Source: a virus. Taken from it: a DNA stretch of 64,000 bases. The position numbers and the translations under genes are program-made. Numbering within the stretch: the first letter of the stretch is position 1; each line of letters begins with the position of its first letter. Location: IMG/VR virus record IMGVR_UViG_3300008255_000111, positions 40,953 to 104,952 of that record; one strand, given 5' to 3'. Below, one piece after another: positions 55,192 through 63,325 of this stretch. The notes beneath the pieces were generated by a model. It ran no database searches. It saw nothing but the letters and a program-made list of their open reading frames with translations, and was not told the origin of the DNA.

Positions 55192-55203
55192 GGATGCGCT
55201 CCT

Positions 55204-57858
55204 TTAGGTGTTCGCGAGGATTTGGCGATGACGGGTCACGATAAACTCGCCAGGGGTGTTCAACGCGACGCCATAATCCAAGAAGACAAAGCCACTGGCA
55301 ATCGTATCTGGCGTGTTATTGGTCTGATCGCAGATCACAAAGAACGCCTCATCTGGAGTCGCACCCGCAAGCACACCCTGCTTGAAGTAGCTGTTCAAGA
55401 TGCCTCGGGTCGTGCGCTCAATCTCAGAAAAGAGCTGAGGCCCGCTGCTCTCAAAGACAGCCCACCACATCGAGCGATTCACTTGGATAGAGATCGCATC
55501 CATCGAGCGGCGCTTGTTAATGTAGACGTACTCGCCGCCCGTACTATCAAGCGTGCGCGCTCCCCAGACGCAGTTGGTTTGGCGTGGCGGCGCCCAAAGC
55601 GCGTTGACCGACGCAGCAAACAACGTCGTCAGCCCTTCTGGCTTGAGCTGGAAGGTCAGCCCCCTAAGCCCCTGAAGCGCGCCGTCGCGAACACCTGCCG
55701 GAGCCTTGCCCACGTTGCGCTGGCGATCGACCGTCGAGATCACGCCGCCAACATGCCCATCAGGCGGGATGCGAACCGTAAGGCCCGTGAGCGGATCTTC
55801 GACAAAGATCCAAGGCCAATAGACCGCGCCACGCTCGTTGTTCGACTGGAGCGCAAAGCGCTTCCACGAGGCGGCAGTGGTGGGCGTCAAGCCATCAGGC
55901 GTACTGAAGATGAACTGGCCGTCCTCGCGGTTGCCTAAGTAGCCAAGAGCTGCGCGCGCGGCGTCCACGTCTCCAGCGAGGTCTGGGATGCTAAAGTGCA
56001 GGAGGTCATCGAAGCCATTGAGCGCGAAGATGCCCTTCTCGTCCAGCTCAAGCAGCGGGCCAGTCACGTCAGCTCGCGTGAGCGCGGCGCCATCTGCTCC
56101 ACCTGTGAACGCAGCCGTAACCGACGCCTCGGGGCTCGTCAGCGTGTAAGCTGCGAGCACATCGGGCACAGCGCGGGGCACGTCACTCAATGCGAGGTTG
56201 ACAAGCCCCGTCTGGTAGTTGACCGAGGACGAGACAGACGTGGACAAGCCCGTGCCTGTCACGGCATCTTGAAGGAAGCCACCCTGAGCATCGTCTACGA
56301 GCGTGTAGGCTTGGCCCGTCGTATCTGTGTAGGTCACTTGAAGCGTGCCTGGGACAATCTCGCCGCCGCTCAAAGGAAGCTGGCAGACCACGGGCGGGTT
56401 GGTCAGCCCGTCAGTCGTCAAGAGCTTCACGTTAGACTTCAGCGAGCCCTCAAGACCCGTTGGCGTGGCAGCGGTGAAGTCAGGCACGAACTTCACCGTA
56501 GCCGAGCCGCTGAACTCATCGTTCACTTGCTGCGCCAGGAAGCGAGCATTCGAGATGTCGCCCAGGGAGATGCGCGAGAAGTTGCCGACCACGTTGGTGA
56601 CGTTGCCAGACTGCTCAAGCAGCTCAAAGATGAAGAAGTCGTACAAGCCAGTTACTGAGTTGATCGAGTTGGCATCTCGCGTCAGGCGCATGGTGAAGTT
56701 GTCACCAGCTTCGCCTTCCCAGCGCACCTCGGCAGGGTGGATCACCATGTCAAAGGAGGCGTAGAAGGTCTGCGCGTCTGCGACGGTGGCCGCCAGGATC
56801 ACGTCGATCTCCCCTGTCTCATAATCGACCGTGCCGGGAGCTGTCAGGATCGAGCCCGTCACTGCACCGTCTCCATCATCGACCGCTTCGCTCATCGACA
56901 GCGCGAAGTAATCGCAGAGCACGTCGGTGCCAGTGTCAGGAACGTTTGCACCAAAGTCGATGTCAAACTCACCTGTCACAAGGTTGATCGTGCCATCAGC
57001 GTCGCCGCTGATCACAGACCCAGCGACGGTAGCCGTCTGCGCGACCGAGCCGGATGTCCACTTGAAGGTGATCGACTGATCATGGGCGTGCCTGTTGTTG
57101 AGCTGCCCATAATAGATGACGGCGCCTGGGATCTCGTCCAAGACCTTCTCATTTGGATAGGCCGTACCGAGGCGGTAACTGTAATCGACAGTCACGTTGC
57201 CTGCCGCTGGGTTGATCAGCGCGTTGAGCGTGATCACTCCAGTGAAGTAGTCGATCGTGGCCACCTCGGTCGTGTCAACCAAGTTACCAGCACCATCGTC
57301 GGTCAAGCTCACAGTGCCAGGTGTGGCGTCGGGATACGTCAACACCATAGAGCCAGGGATGACATAGCGCCCTGGCGCCACCCTGAAGGTATAGGGGCCG
57401 GTCGAAACAGTGATCGCCCCAACAGCCTCGGCCACTTGGCCAAGCTGGTCGTTCAAGAAGATGCTGACGCTGCCTGGGCGTAAGGGGTAGAGGCCGCCTA
57501 GCGTGGTGCTGAAAGGCGTCGGGATCGCGTTAGAGGTCACAGACTGAGCCTCGTCGCGACGCTCAATGCTGAACCCAGCTTGAGATGGGATGGCGCCAGC
57601 GCCAACGACTCGGACAACGACCAAATTTTGGCCGCCGTTCTCAAAGTAAGCCTTGGTGATCAAGGGGCTGATGCTCTTGGGCGTAAACTCGCCAAAGATG
57701 CGGTAGTGCTCAGCCGAGCCCCTCACCAACACTGCTTGGTTAGTTGGCCCCTTCGGAAAGAAGCCGACCACGCCAAAGTTGCCCACGGACACCTGCGCGG
57801 CGATGGGACGCTGTTGGCGCAATTCCTGCCGAATCACACTTGGATAACCAAAATCCAT
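55204..57858 (-). CDS. contractile tail sheath protein
   Basis: KGPTN, YFENGG, AVYWPWI, PPDGHVGG, VGKAPAG, VWGARTL, YINKRR and PGEFIV. Confidence 0.95.
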   Translation of the reverse strand: MDFGYPSVIRQELRQQRPIAAQVSVGNFGVVGFFPKGPTNQAVLVRGSAEHYRIFGEFTPKSISPLITKAYFENGGQNLVVVRVVGAGAIPSQAGFSIERRDEAQSVTSNAIPTPFSTTLGGLYPLRPGSVSIFLNDQLGQVAEAVGAITVSTGPYTFRVAPGRYVIPGSMVLTYPDATPGTVSLTDDGAGNLVDTTEVATIDYFTGVITLNALINPAAGNVTVDYSYRLGTAYPNEKVLDEIPGAVIYYGQLNNRHAHDQSITFKWTSGSVAQTATVAGSVISGDADGTINLVTGEFDIDFGANVPDTGTDVLCDYFALSMSEAVDDGDGAVTGSILTAPGTVDYETGEIDVILAATVADAQTFYASFDMVIHPAEVRWEGEAGDNFTMRLTRDANSINSVTGLYDFFIFELLEQSGNVTNVVGNFSRISLGDISNARFLAQQVNDEFSGSATVKFVPDFTAATPTGLEGSLKSNVKLLTTDGLTNPPVVCQLPLSGGEIVPGTLQVTYTDTTGQAYTLVDDAQGGFLQDAVTGTGLSTSVSSSVNYQTGLVNLALSDVPRAVPDVLAAYTLTSPEASVTAAFTGGADGAALTRADVTGPLLELDEKGIFALNGFDDLLHFSIPDLAGDVDAARAALGYLGNREDGQFIFSTPDGLTPTTAASWKRFALQSNNERGAVYWPWIFVEDPLTGLTVRIPPDGHVGGVISTVDRQRNVGKAPAGVRDGALQGLRGLTFQLKPEGLTTLFAASVNALWAPPRQTNCVWGARTLDSTGGEYVYINKRRSMDAISIQVNRSMWWAVFESSGPQLFSEIERTTRGILNSYFKQGVLAGATPDEAFFVICDQTNNTPDTIASGFVFLDYGVALNTPGEFIVTRHRQILANT

Positions 57859-57891
57859 GCTCGCTTCTCCTTTCCTAAGTTGGCCTGAGTC

Positions 57892-58419
57892 TCATGATTT
57901 GTCGCTGAGGAAGTCCATGATCGCGGTGAGCGTCTTGGAGCCGATGCCGTCAAGGTCTTTGAGCATGTTGGCGTCGGCGTAGTCGCGCAGCTCCCTCAGT
58001 GTCTTCACGTTGTTATTAGCAAGCGTGTTCACGATGCGCTCAGAGAGTGCTGTGTCTGCGAGCGCGATCTCATCGTCCTCATCATCTTGGGGCTGACCTT
58101 GCTCATCAATCAAGACAACTTCATCCTCAGCCTCAACTAATGGCTCAAAGGTCGGCTCGGGGACAGCTGCTGATGCCTCAAACTTCTCCTCAGACGGCGC
58201 TGGAGGTGCAGGGGTGGCTTGTGGGGCGTCTTTGGCGATGACGCCCCTGAACGGCTGCACTAGGCCCCTCTTGCGATACCCTGTGAACACTCGGTCGATC
58301 ACAGGCACAAAGGGAGGATGCTTATGACTCACCGATGTCTGAACCTGCTGACCATTATCGTCAATCAAGGTGATCAAGATCGGGGTGCGGCCTACGACGA
58401 TCCATTTCTGCTGACTCAT
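57892..58419 (-). CDS. protein with C-terminal RNAP alpha-CTD-like (HhH) domain
   Basis: LADTALSERIVNTLANNNVKTLREL...LKDLDGIGSKTLTAIMDFL after an acidic/Pro-rich linker. Confidence 0.6.
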   Translation of the reverse strand: MSQQKWIVVGRTPILITLIDDNGQQVQTSVSHKHPPFVPVIDRVFTGYRKRGLVQPFRGVIAKDAPQATPAPPAPSEEKFEASAAVPEPTFEPLVEAEDEVVLIDEQGQPQDDEDDEIALADTALSERIVNTLANNNVKTLRELRDYADANMLKDLDGIGSKTLTAIMDFLSDKS

Positions 58420-58422
58420 CTA

Positions 58423-59124
58423 CTACTCCTTGGTGATTATGCGTCCTTGCGCATTGATTTGACGGGCGGCGACTTCGACAACCTCATCATGATCGTCGAG
58501 TTGACCCTGAACCTTATAACTAATGACATAACTACTAAAGCGCTGAAGCACATCAGCAAGCTCACTAGTATTCGTCATTCCTGTCCTGAAAAGCGCAAAT
58601 CGACCGCGCTCGCCTTGCGAGTCCAGCACCAAGAGGTCTGACTGATGCACAAGCCTCGACCTGACGAATCGAGCCATGATTTGTGCATCACGATGAAAGC
58701 GCGCTCTGACCTCAATCTCATAAAAGATGTTGGTGGGCTCAGCGTGGCGGCGCGTCACATAGTGCGAGGCTCCATGACGACCATCAACCTCAACGTCATC
58801 AGACTCGGGCGCCTTGTATCTGTACTTTCGACCGCTGATGTAGCCAAATCGCCTTGTCGGATCATCCTCGTCGGAGGTGTTGCGTATGTTGATGAAAGGA
58901 AGCGGCAGCGCTCCAAGCTCCTCTGGAGGCGTATTAACAGTCACCACAACGCGCTCATCAAGGCCGCTCCCGCACACGCCAGGAACTCCAACTTGGTTGA
59001 TTGGTTGGCTTAGAGCTGGGTTGTTCTGCGGGTTGGGGTAGGGCAAGAAGTCGGCCCCAAGGTTCGTCACCATCGCGTCGTCAAAGTGCGCCAACCAGTA
59101 GTACCCCTTCACCTCATCACTCAT
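58423..59124 (-). CDS. tail terminator/completion protein (gp15-like)
   Basis: Position before the sheath gene; LPFINI...DPTRR...PTNIFYEIEV. Confidence 0.6.
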   Translation of the reverse strand: MSDEVKGYYWLAHFDDAMVTNLGADFLPYPNPQNNPALSQPINQVGVPGVCGSGLDERVVVTVNTPPEELGALPLPFINIRNTSDEDDPTRRFGYISGRKYRYKAPESDDVEVDGRHGASHYVTRRHAEPTNIFYEIEVRARFHRDAQIMARFVRSRLVHQSDLLVLDSQGERGRFALFRTGMTNTSELADVLQRFSSYVISYKVQGQLDDHDEVVEVAARQINAQGRIITKE

Positions 59125-59139
59125 CACAGCCTCCATTTG

Positions 59140-59155
59140 CTGCAATCGATTGCAG
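59140..59155. repeat. 16-bp palindrome, copy 16
   Basis: Exact match, between a terminator and a GGAGG RBS. Confidence 0.95.
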
Positions 59156-59165
59156 TCGTCATCAT

Positions 59166-59203
59166 AACAAAAACCCTCGGTCGATAAACCGAGGGTTTTT
59201 GTT
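59166..59203 (-). terminator. intrinsic terminator
   Basis: AACAAAAACCCTCGGT-CGATAA-ACCGAGGGTTTTTGTT. Confidence 0.75.
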
Positions 59204-59219
59204 TTAGGGAGCGCTGAGC

Positions 59220-59885
59220 TTAAGCCGCCTGAGCGGGGAACTTCTTGAACAGCTCGCGCTTGACCAGTGCCGCGAAGTTGATCGAGTAAGCGGCAGACAC
59301 AAACTCGGAGTAGTGCGAGAGCACGTTAGAGTCATCCGGGGGCTCTGGCAGCATGTTCTTGGCCGCGCACTCATCTGCCACCTGATAGATCATGTCGATG
59401 ATCTCGTCCTCGTTGGCCGTCAGCTCGCTGTCAGTCAAGAAGCCGTTGGTGAGCTGGTTCATGAACTCCTCGTAGTTGGCCACCTCGATCGAATCGGGGG
59501 AGCCGTCATCGATCAGCGAGGCGTCCATCATCAGCTTGGAGTTGATGTGCCTCAGCGCGTCCTGCGCTTTGAGCACATCAAGGCGCTTTGTCTCAGGAAG
59601 CCTTGAGTAGTCGATCCCACGATCAAGCTCACCTAGGCCCTTGTCCTTGCTGTCCTTGAGCGCTTGGCCCTCATCCTGAGCGAGAACGCCCACTAAGCCC
59701 TCAGCTCGGAGCGCTGCGCTGAGCTGGCTTGGGAGCATGTTGGTGTCCCCCATCGCCTTCATGCAGTAGAACTTCCCGCTCGTCTTCGGCATCATCTCCT
59801 GCGAGTCGATGCCCAGCTTATCGAGCGCCTTGCGCAGCTTCCCTTCGTCGCCTGATTTCAGGAAGTAGATCATGTAATTGTTCAT
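59220..59885 (-). CDS. hypothetical protein
   Basis: 221-aa ORF. Confidence 0.75.
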   Translation of the reverse strand: MNNYMIYFLKSGDEGKLRKALDKLGIDSQEMMPKTSGKFYCMKAMGDTNMLPSQLSAALRAEGLVGVLAQDEGQALKDSKDKGLGELDRGIDYSRLPETKRLDVLKAQDALRHINSKLMMDASLIDDGSPDSIEVANYEEFMNQLTNGFLTDSELTANEDEIIDMIYQVADECAAKNMLPEPPDDSNVLSHYSEFVSAAYSINFAALVKRELFKKFPAQAA

Positions 59886-59907
59886 CGTCTCATCACCTTG
59901 TTGTTTT

Positions 59908-60666
59908 TCACGCTGTTGTTAAGACAAGCACAAAGGGCTCGTGACGCTCTAACCATTCATCGTCACGATCTTCAAACTCTACGCTCAAGAGAGGCACCTT
60001 TGCTGCGATCATCGCCTCAATCGCCTCGTCCATTATTTTCGGGACGCGCTCTTTAATCAACTGACGCAACGCTGGCTTCCAGACCGGCCCCTGTGTTGAA
60101 CCTGAGCTGAGCTTCGCGCCAAGGTCAAAGCCAAACTCAGCGCGCGCCTGATTGTACTGCTCATCCTCAACACACCAAACCGAAAGCGACGCGGTTGTCG
60201 TCGGTTGATAGAAGCCACGATTCTTATCAAGGTACTCTTGGTTATAAGCGCTGATGGCGTCTAGCTCGCTCTGCGACACATCACGCAGGAACCAGAAGCC
60301 CTCGTCCTTGTTAATGCCAAGACCTCGTGGCGCTTTAGAGGCGATCCAGGGGTTGCCGCGCTCTGCCCACTTCCCCAGCTTGGAGGTCGAGCCTTTGCTG
60401 TCGGTCAAGACGTAAATGAGCGCCTTGTCTTCGATCTGCTTAAAGCTGCGGCGCTCCAACGGGGGCTCCAGGCTGATGCCATAGTAGTCATCGGCGCCCC
60501 TCGTGACTTTGACGTAGTGAAGGTGCTCGGGATTATTGAGCAGATCGGCCAACTCCTCACATAAGCGCTGGAGCGTATATCGGCGGACCTCGCCAAGATT
60601 CTCCTCCAGCCACTTAAGGCGGCCCATCACGTTGTCCTTATCTTCGAGCTTGGCCTCGATCTTCAT
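59908..60666 (-). CDS. hypothetical protein (possible tail completion)
   Basis: 252-aa ORF in the neck region; PVWKPAL near the C-terminus. Confidence 0.65.
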   Translation of the reverse strand: MKIEAKLEDKDNVMGRLKWLEENLGEVRRYTLQRLCEELADLLNNPEHLHYVKVTRGADDYYGISLEPPLERRSFKQIEDKALIYVLTDSKGSTSKLGKWAERGNPWIASKAPRGLGINKDEGFWFLRDVSQSELDAISAYNQEYLDKNRGFYQPTTTASLSVWCVEDEQYNQARAEFGFDLGAKLSSGSTQGPVWKPALRQLIKERVPKIMDEAIEAMIAAKVPLLSVEFEDRDDEWLERHEPFVLVLTTA

Positions 60667-60884
60667 CCGAGCCTCGACATAACTCGCGCCAGGGCGCTGT
60701 CAAGGTCGTAGCAGCTTGAGAACTGGCGCCAGTCTCCAAGCTCCTCCAGCAGCGCTGCTCGCTTTGATGGATGCACACCTTTAAGGGCAGCATCTATTCG
60801 CTCAAGGCAGTAGCTTCGGTGAAGACGCTCCACATTCGACCTACTGGTGAGCGCTTCTGACAGATGTTCACTCAACCCCTTCAC
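60663..60884 (-). CDS. hypothetical protein
   Basis: 73-aa coupled ORF. Confidence 0.5.
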   Translation of the reverse strand: MKGLSEHLSEALTSRSNVERLHRSYCLERIDAALKGVHPSKRAALLEELGDWRQFSSCYDLDSALARVMSRLG

Positions 60885-61299
60885 TCAACACCTCACTCAA
60901 GACCTTGCGGCCCTTCAGCTCAACAACTTGATTCATCACAGCTGGCGTGGCAGCCCACACCACAAGCAGATCCCTTGACGCGGCTGTTTTATGGAAGTTA
61001 CTCAGTAAGCTCAAGCCAATGCGGCGACCGTTCAAGCTCACCTGATAGTCGGCAGGAGCACCAGTGATCGCGCAATGAGAGGCTAACACGTCATCGGAGG
61101 TCAGTGAATCGCGCTCTGGCCACGCAAGGCCCGGCAACAAGCCTCGATACAAGTTCGCAATAGGATCGTTGCATGGCTTGCCGCAGAGCGCGTCGAGGCT
61201 AGACTGCGCCTTCACTGCCGACTGCTTGTGCTTGCAGCTCGCACAAGCAAAGCAAACTCCATGCTTCACAAGCTCAGCCGCCAGTTGACCAGACATCAA
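60868..61299 (-). CDS. Cys-rich hypothetical protein
   Basis: CFACASC...CGKPC. Confidence 0.6.
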   Translation of the reverse strand: MMSGQLAAELVKHGVCFACASCKHKQSAVKAQSSLDALCGKPCNDPIANLYRGLLPGLAWPERDSLTSDDVLASHCAITGAPADYQVSLNGRRIGLSLLSNFHKTAASRDLLVVWAATPAVMNQVVELKGRKVLSEVLSEGVE

Positions 61300-61997
61300 A
61301 TACCTCCAGGTGGGCAGCCAAGCAAGCGCTGCTCAGGCGGGTAGTCGCTGCGGCGCGACAGCTCAAGCACCCACTGAACAAAGAAGTTGGAGTCGTTAAT
61401 AAACCCGTCGCGAGACACCTTCACCACGTCAAAGAAGATCCCCAACGTCTCCCAGCTATCAGCCCAGAACTCGACGAGATCACCGATCTTCGGCGGCTTA
61501 AGCTCATAGTAGAGAAAGTGAAGGTAAGGGATCGTCATGCGCGCCGTCGAGACTGCGAGCAGGCCCGTTTGTTCTGACGTGACTGAACGGTCTGACTTCT
61601 CGTCATACTCAACATAGCCCAGAATCACGTTGGGGGGATCTGGAAAAGTAGAGCCGCGCGCCAGCGGCTCACCATAGATCGGGTCCACGGCGGCAGGTCC
61701 ACTAACCCAATGCCTCACACCGAGGCTAGCCAGGGGGTCGATGGGCTGGAGTGAAGATGGGCGCGTTCTGTTCAGGCCATAGGTGATGTCATTCTCCTGA
61801 TAGCCGTCTGAAAGCGTGTTTGGCGGGTAGGGAGGGCGCGGGCCAAGATCGTCATCAAGACCACCTTTGGGGCTTATGCCGACGTGGTAGATGTACTCAT
61901 AGGCAAGCGTCCACTGATAGACCACCTCGCTCGGGTGCGCTCTCATCAGCTTGTCGATCTTGCCATGCTTGAAAACGTCTGGGATCTTCGCGCGCAT
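61296..61997 (-). CDS. neck/head-closure protein (gp14-like)
   Basis: DPIYGE and PKIGDLVEF...FFDVVKV; position in the neck module. Confidence 0.6.
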   Translation of the reverse strand: MRAKIPDVFKHGKIDKLMRAHPSEVVYQWTLAYEYIYHVGISPKGGLDDDLGPRPPYPPNTLSDGYQENDITYGLNRTRPSSLQPIDPLASLGVRHWVSGPAAVDPIYGEPLARGSTFPDPPNVILGYVEYDEKSDRSVTSEQTGLLAVSTARMTIPYLHFLYYELKPPKIGDLVEFWADSWETLGIFFDVVKVSRDGFINDSNFFVQWVLELSRRSDYPPEQRLLGCPPGGI

Positions 61998-62521
61998 TAC
62001 GACTCCCCGCCAATAGGCAGCGTCATCAAGATCGCATCGTTCCTTACGAGCGCCAAGTGCTCAGGCTCCCAAGGAGGTAGGTCGAGGCGCTGAAGCCAGC
62101 TCGACAGCTTGGTGCTCATGTTCGGCTTGTAGCTCAGCGTGATGTGCGGGACGAACCCATATTCTTTAGGACGGCTCAAGATCGTCTGGTCGATCAAATC
62201 CTCCAAAGAAGCTCTCATCCTTGGCAGGTCCGGGCCGTTGACTAGCAATACCGACACAGGCGACTTGCCCGCATTAAAGATCGCCTGACCTGACAAGGTG
62301 AGCCGCTGCTCAGGAAAGCGCATCTTCGCCAACGCTTGCTTTAAGTGCGGCACGAGGTATTCGTTGACCTGACCAATGTATAGGACCGTCAAGTGAGTGA
62401 AGTCTGCGAGGTCTTCATCCATAAGGGGTTTAAGCGCGTCTCGCCACGACTTCGGCGGGTAGAGCGCCAGCATCATGCTCTCGCTCGTGACCCCTGGCGC
62501 CTGCTCTTGGATGATCTTCAT
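61997..62521 (-). CDS. 2H phosphoesterase (2'-5' RNA ligase/Acb1-like)
   Basis: Two HxT motifs: THLTVLYIG and FVPHITLSY. Confidence 0.85.
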   Translation of the reverse strand: MKIIQEQAPGVTSESMMLALYPPKSWRDALKPLMDEDLADFTHLTVLYIGQVNEYLVPHLKQALAKMRFPEQRLTLSGQAIFNAGKSPVSVLLVNGPDLPRMRASLEDLIDQTILSRPKEYGFVPHITLSYKPNMSTKLSSWLQRLDLPPWEPEHLALVRNDAILMTLPIGGES

Positions 62522-63306
62522 TCTTCTTCGTCTCCAGCGTCTTCATCTTCTTCGTCATCGTCGCCATAGTCTTTCGACGTAGCGCTCGGGATGTTCTTTT
62601 TAGGGCGGGGCTCAGGACCATCATCTCTGCCGTCGTCCTTGTCGTCATCGATCGGAGGCGGCATCTCATCTGCAATCTCATCGGAGCTTAGCTTAAGGTA
62701 GCTGCGCATCAAAGGTCGCTTAGGGAAGGTCGGGAAGTCTTTAGAGACGCGGGAGAAGACGCCAGACTGCACAAAGACTGAGCGGCTGGCTTTGGCTGAT
62801 GGTGAATTAGCGACCTTGGACAGCTTGCCCCTCGCCTCCTTATAGGCGTTGGGGAAGTCGCCTGCATCCTTGATCACGCCCTTATCTCGAAGGTCGGCAA
62901 ACTCTTGCCACGTCAGCACAACCTGCGCTTCGTTGTGTTCTCCACCTCGCACCAGAAAGGCCATCTCGGAGTTGGCGAGCGTGTCCCTATATTCGAGCTG
63001 AGCGCCCACATCAAGATCGACCGTCCCAGGGTCAAACGCGCTGGACATCTTCCTGAATGCCGCGCGCTTGAGCACGTTGAGACGCTGGCCTCGATCCGGG
63101 GACGGGCCGCCATAAACCATGTCATCAAACACCACATTAAGCACGGCGGGCTCGTGCTCAGTCTCAATGATCACAGAAGGGCGATGGCGCTCATTGAGCC
63201 CCATCCTGATCGTCTTGACCTCAATCCCGAGCGCTTCAAAGCAGCTCCTCACCTCGTCGAGATTCCACAGATCCAAGTCTGGCAGCTCGCGCGTCACATT
63301 AGCCAT
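62518..63306 (-). CDS. hypothetical protein with acidic tail
   Basis: 262-aa ORF with a D/E-rich C-terminus. Confidence 0.7.
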   Translation of the reverse strand: MANVTRELPDLDLWNLDEVRSCFEALGIEVKTIRMGLNERHRPSVIIETEHEPAVLNVVFDDMVYGGPSPDRGQRLNVLKRAAFRKMSSAFDPGTVDLDVGAQLEYRDTLANSEMAFLVRGGEHNEAQVVLTWQEFADLRDKGVIKDAGDFPNAYKEARGKLSKVANSPSAKASRSVFVQSGVFSRVSKDFPTFPKRPLMRSYLKLSSDEIADEMPPPIDDDKDDGRDDGPEPRPKKNIPSATSKDYGDDDEEDEDAGDEEE

Positions 63307-63325
63307 CGTCTCTCACCTCTTTTGG

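Noticed and set aside
2618-59155. The palindrome copies as a CRISPR array or as IS/MITE ends
   Set aside because: The copies are kilobases apart with genes in between. There is no 30-40 bp spacer periodicity, no cas or transposase gene, and no target-site duplication that I could see.
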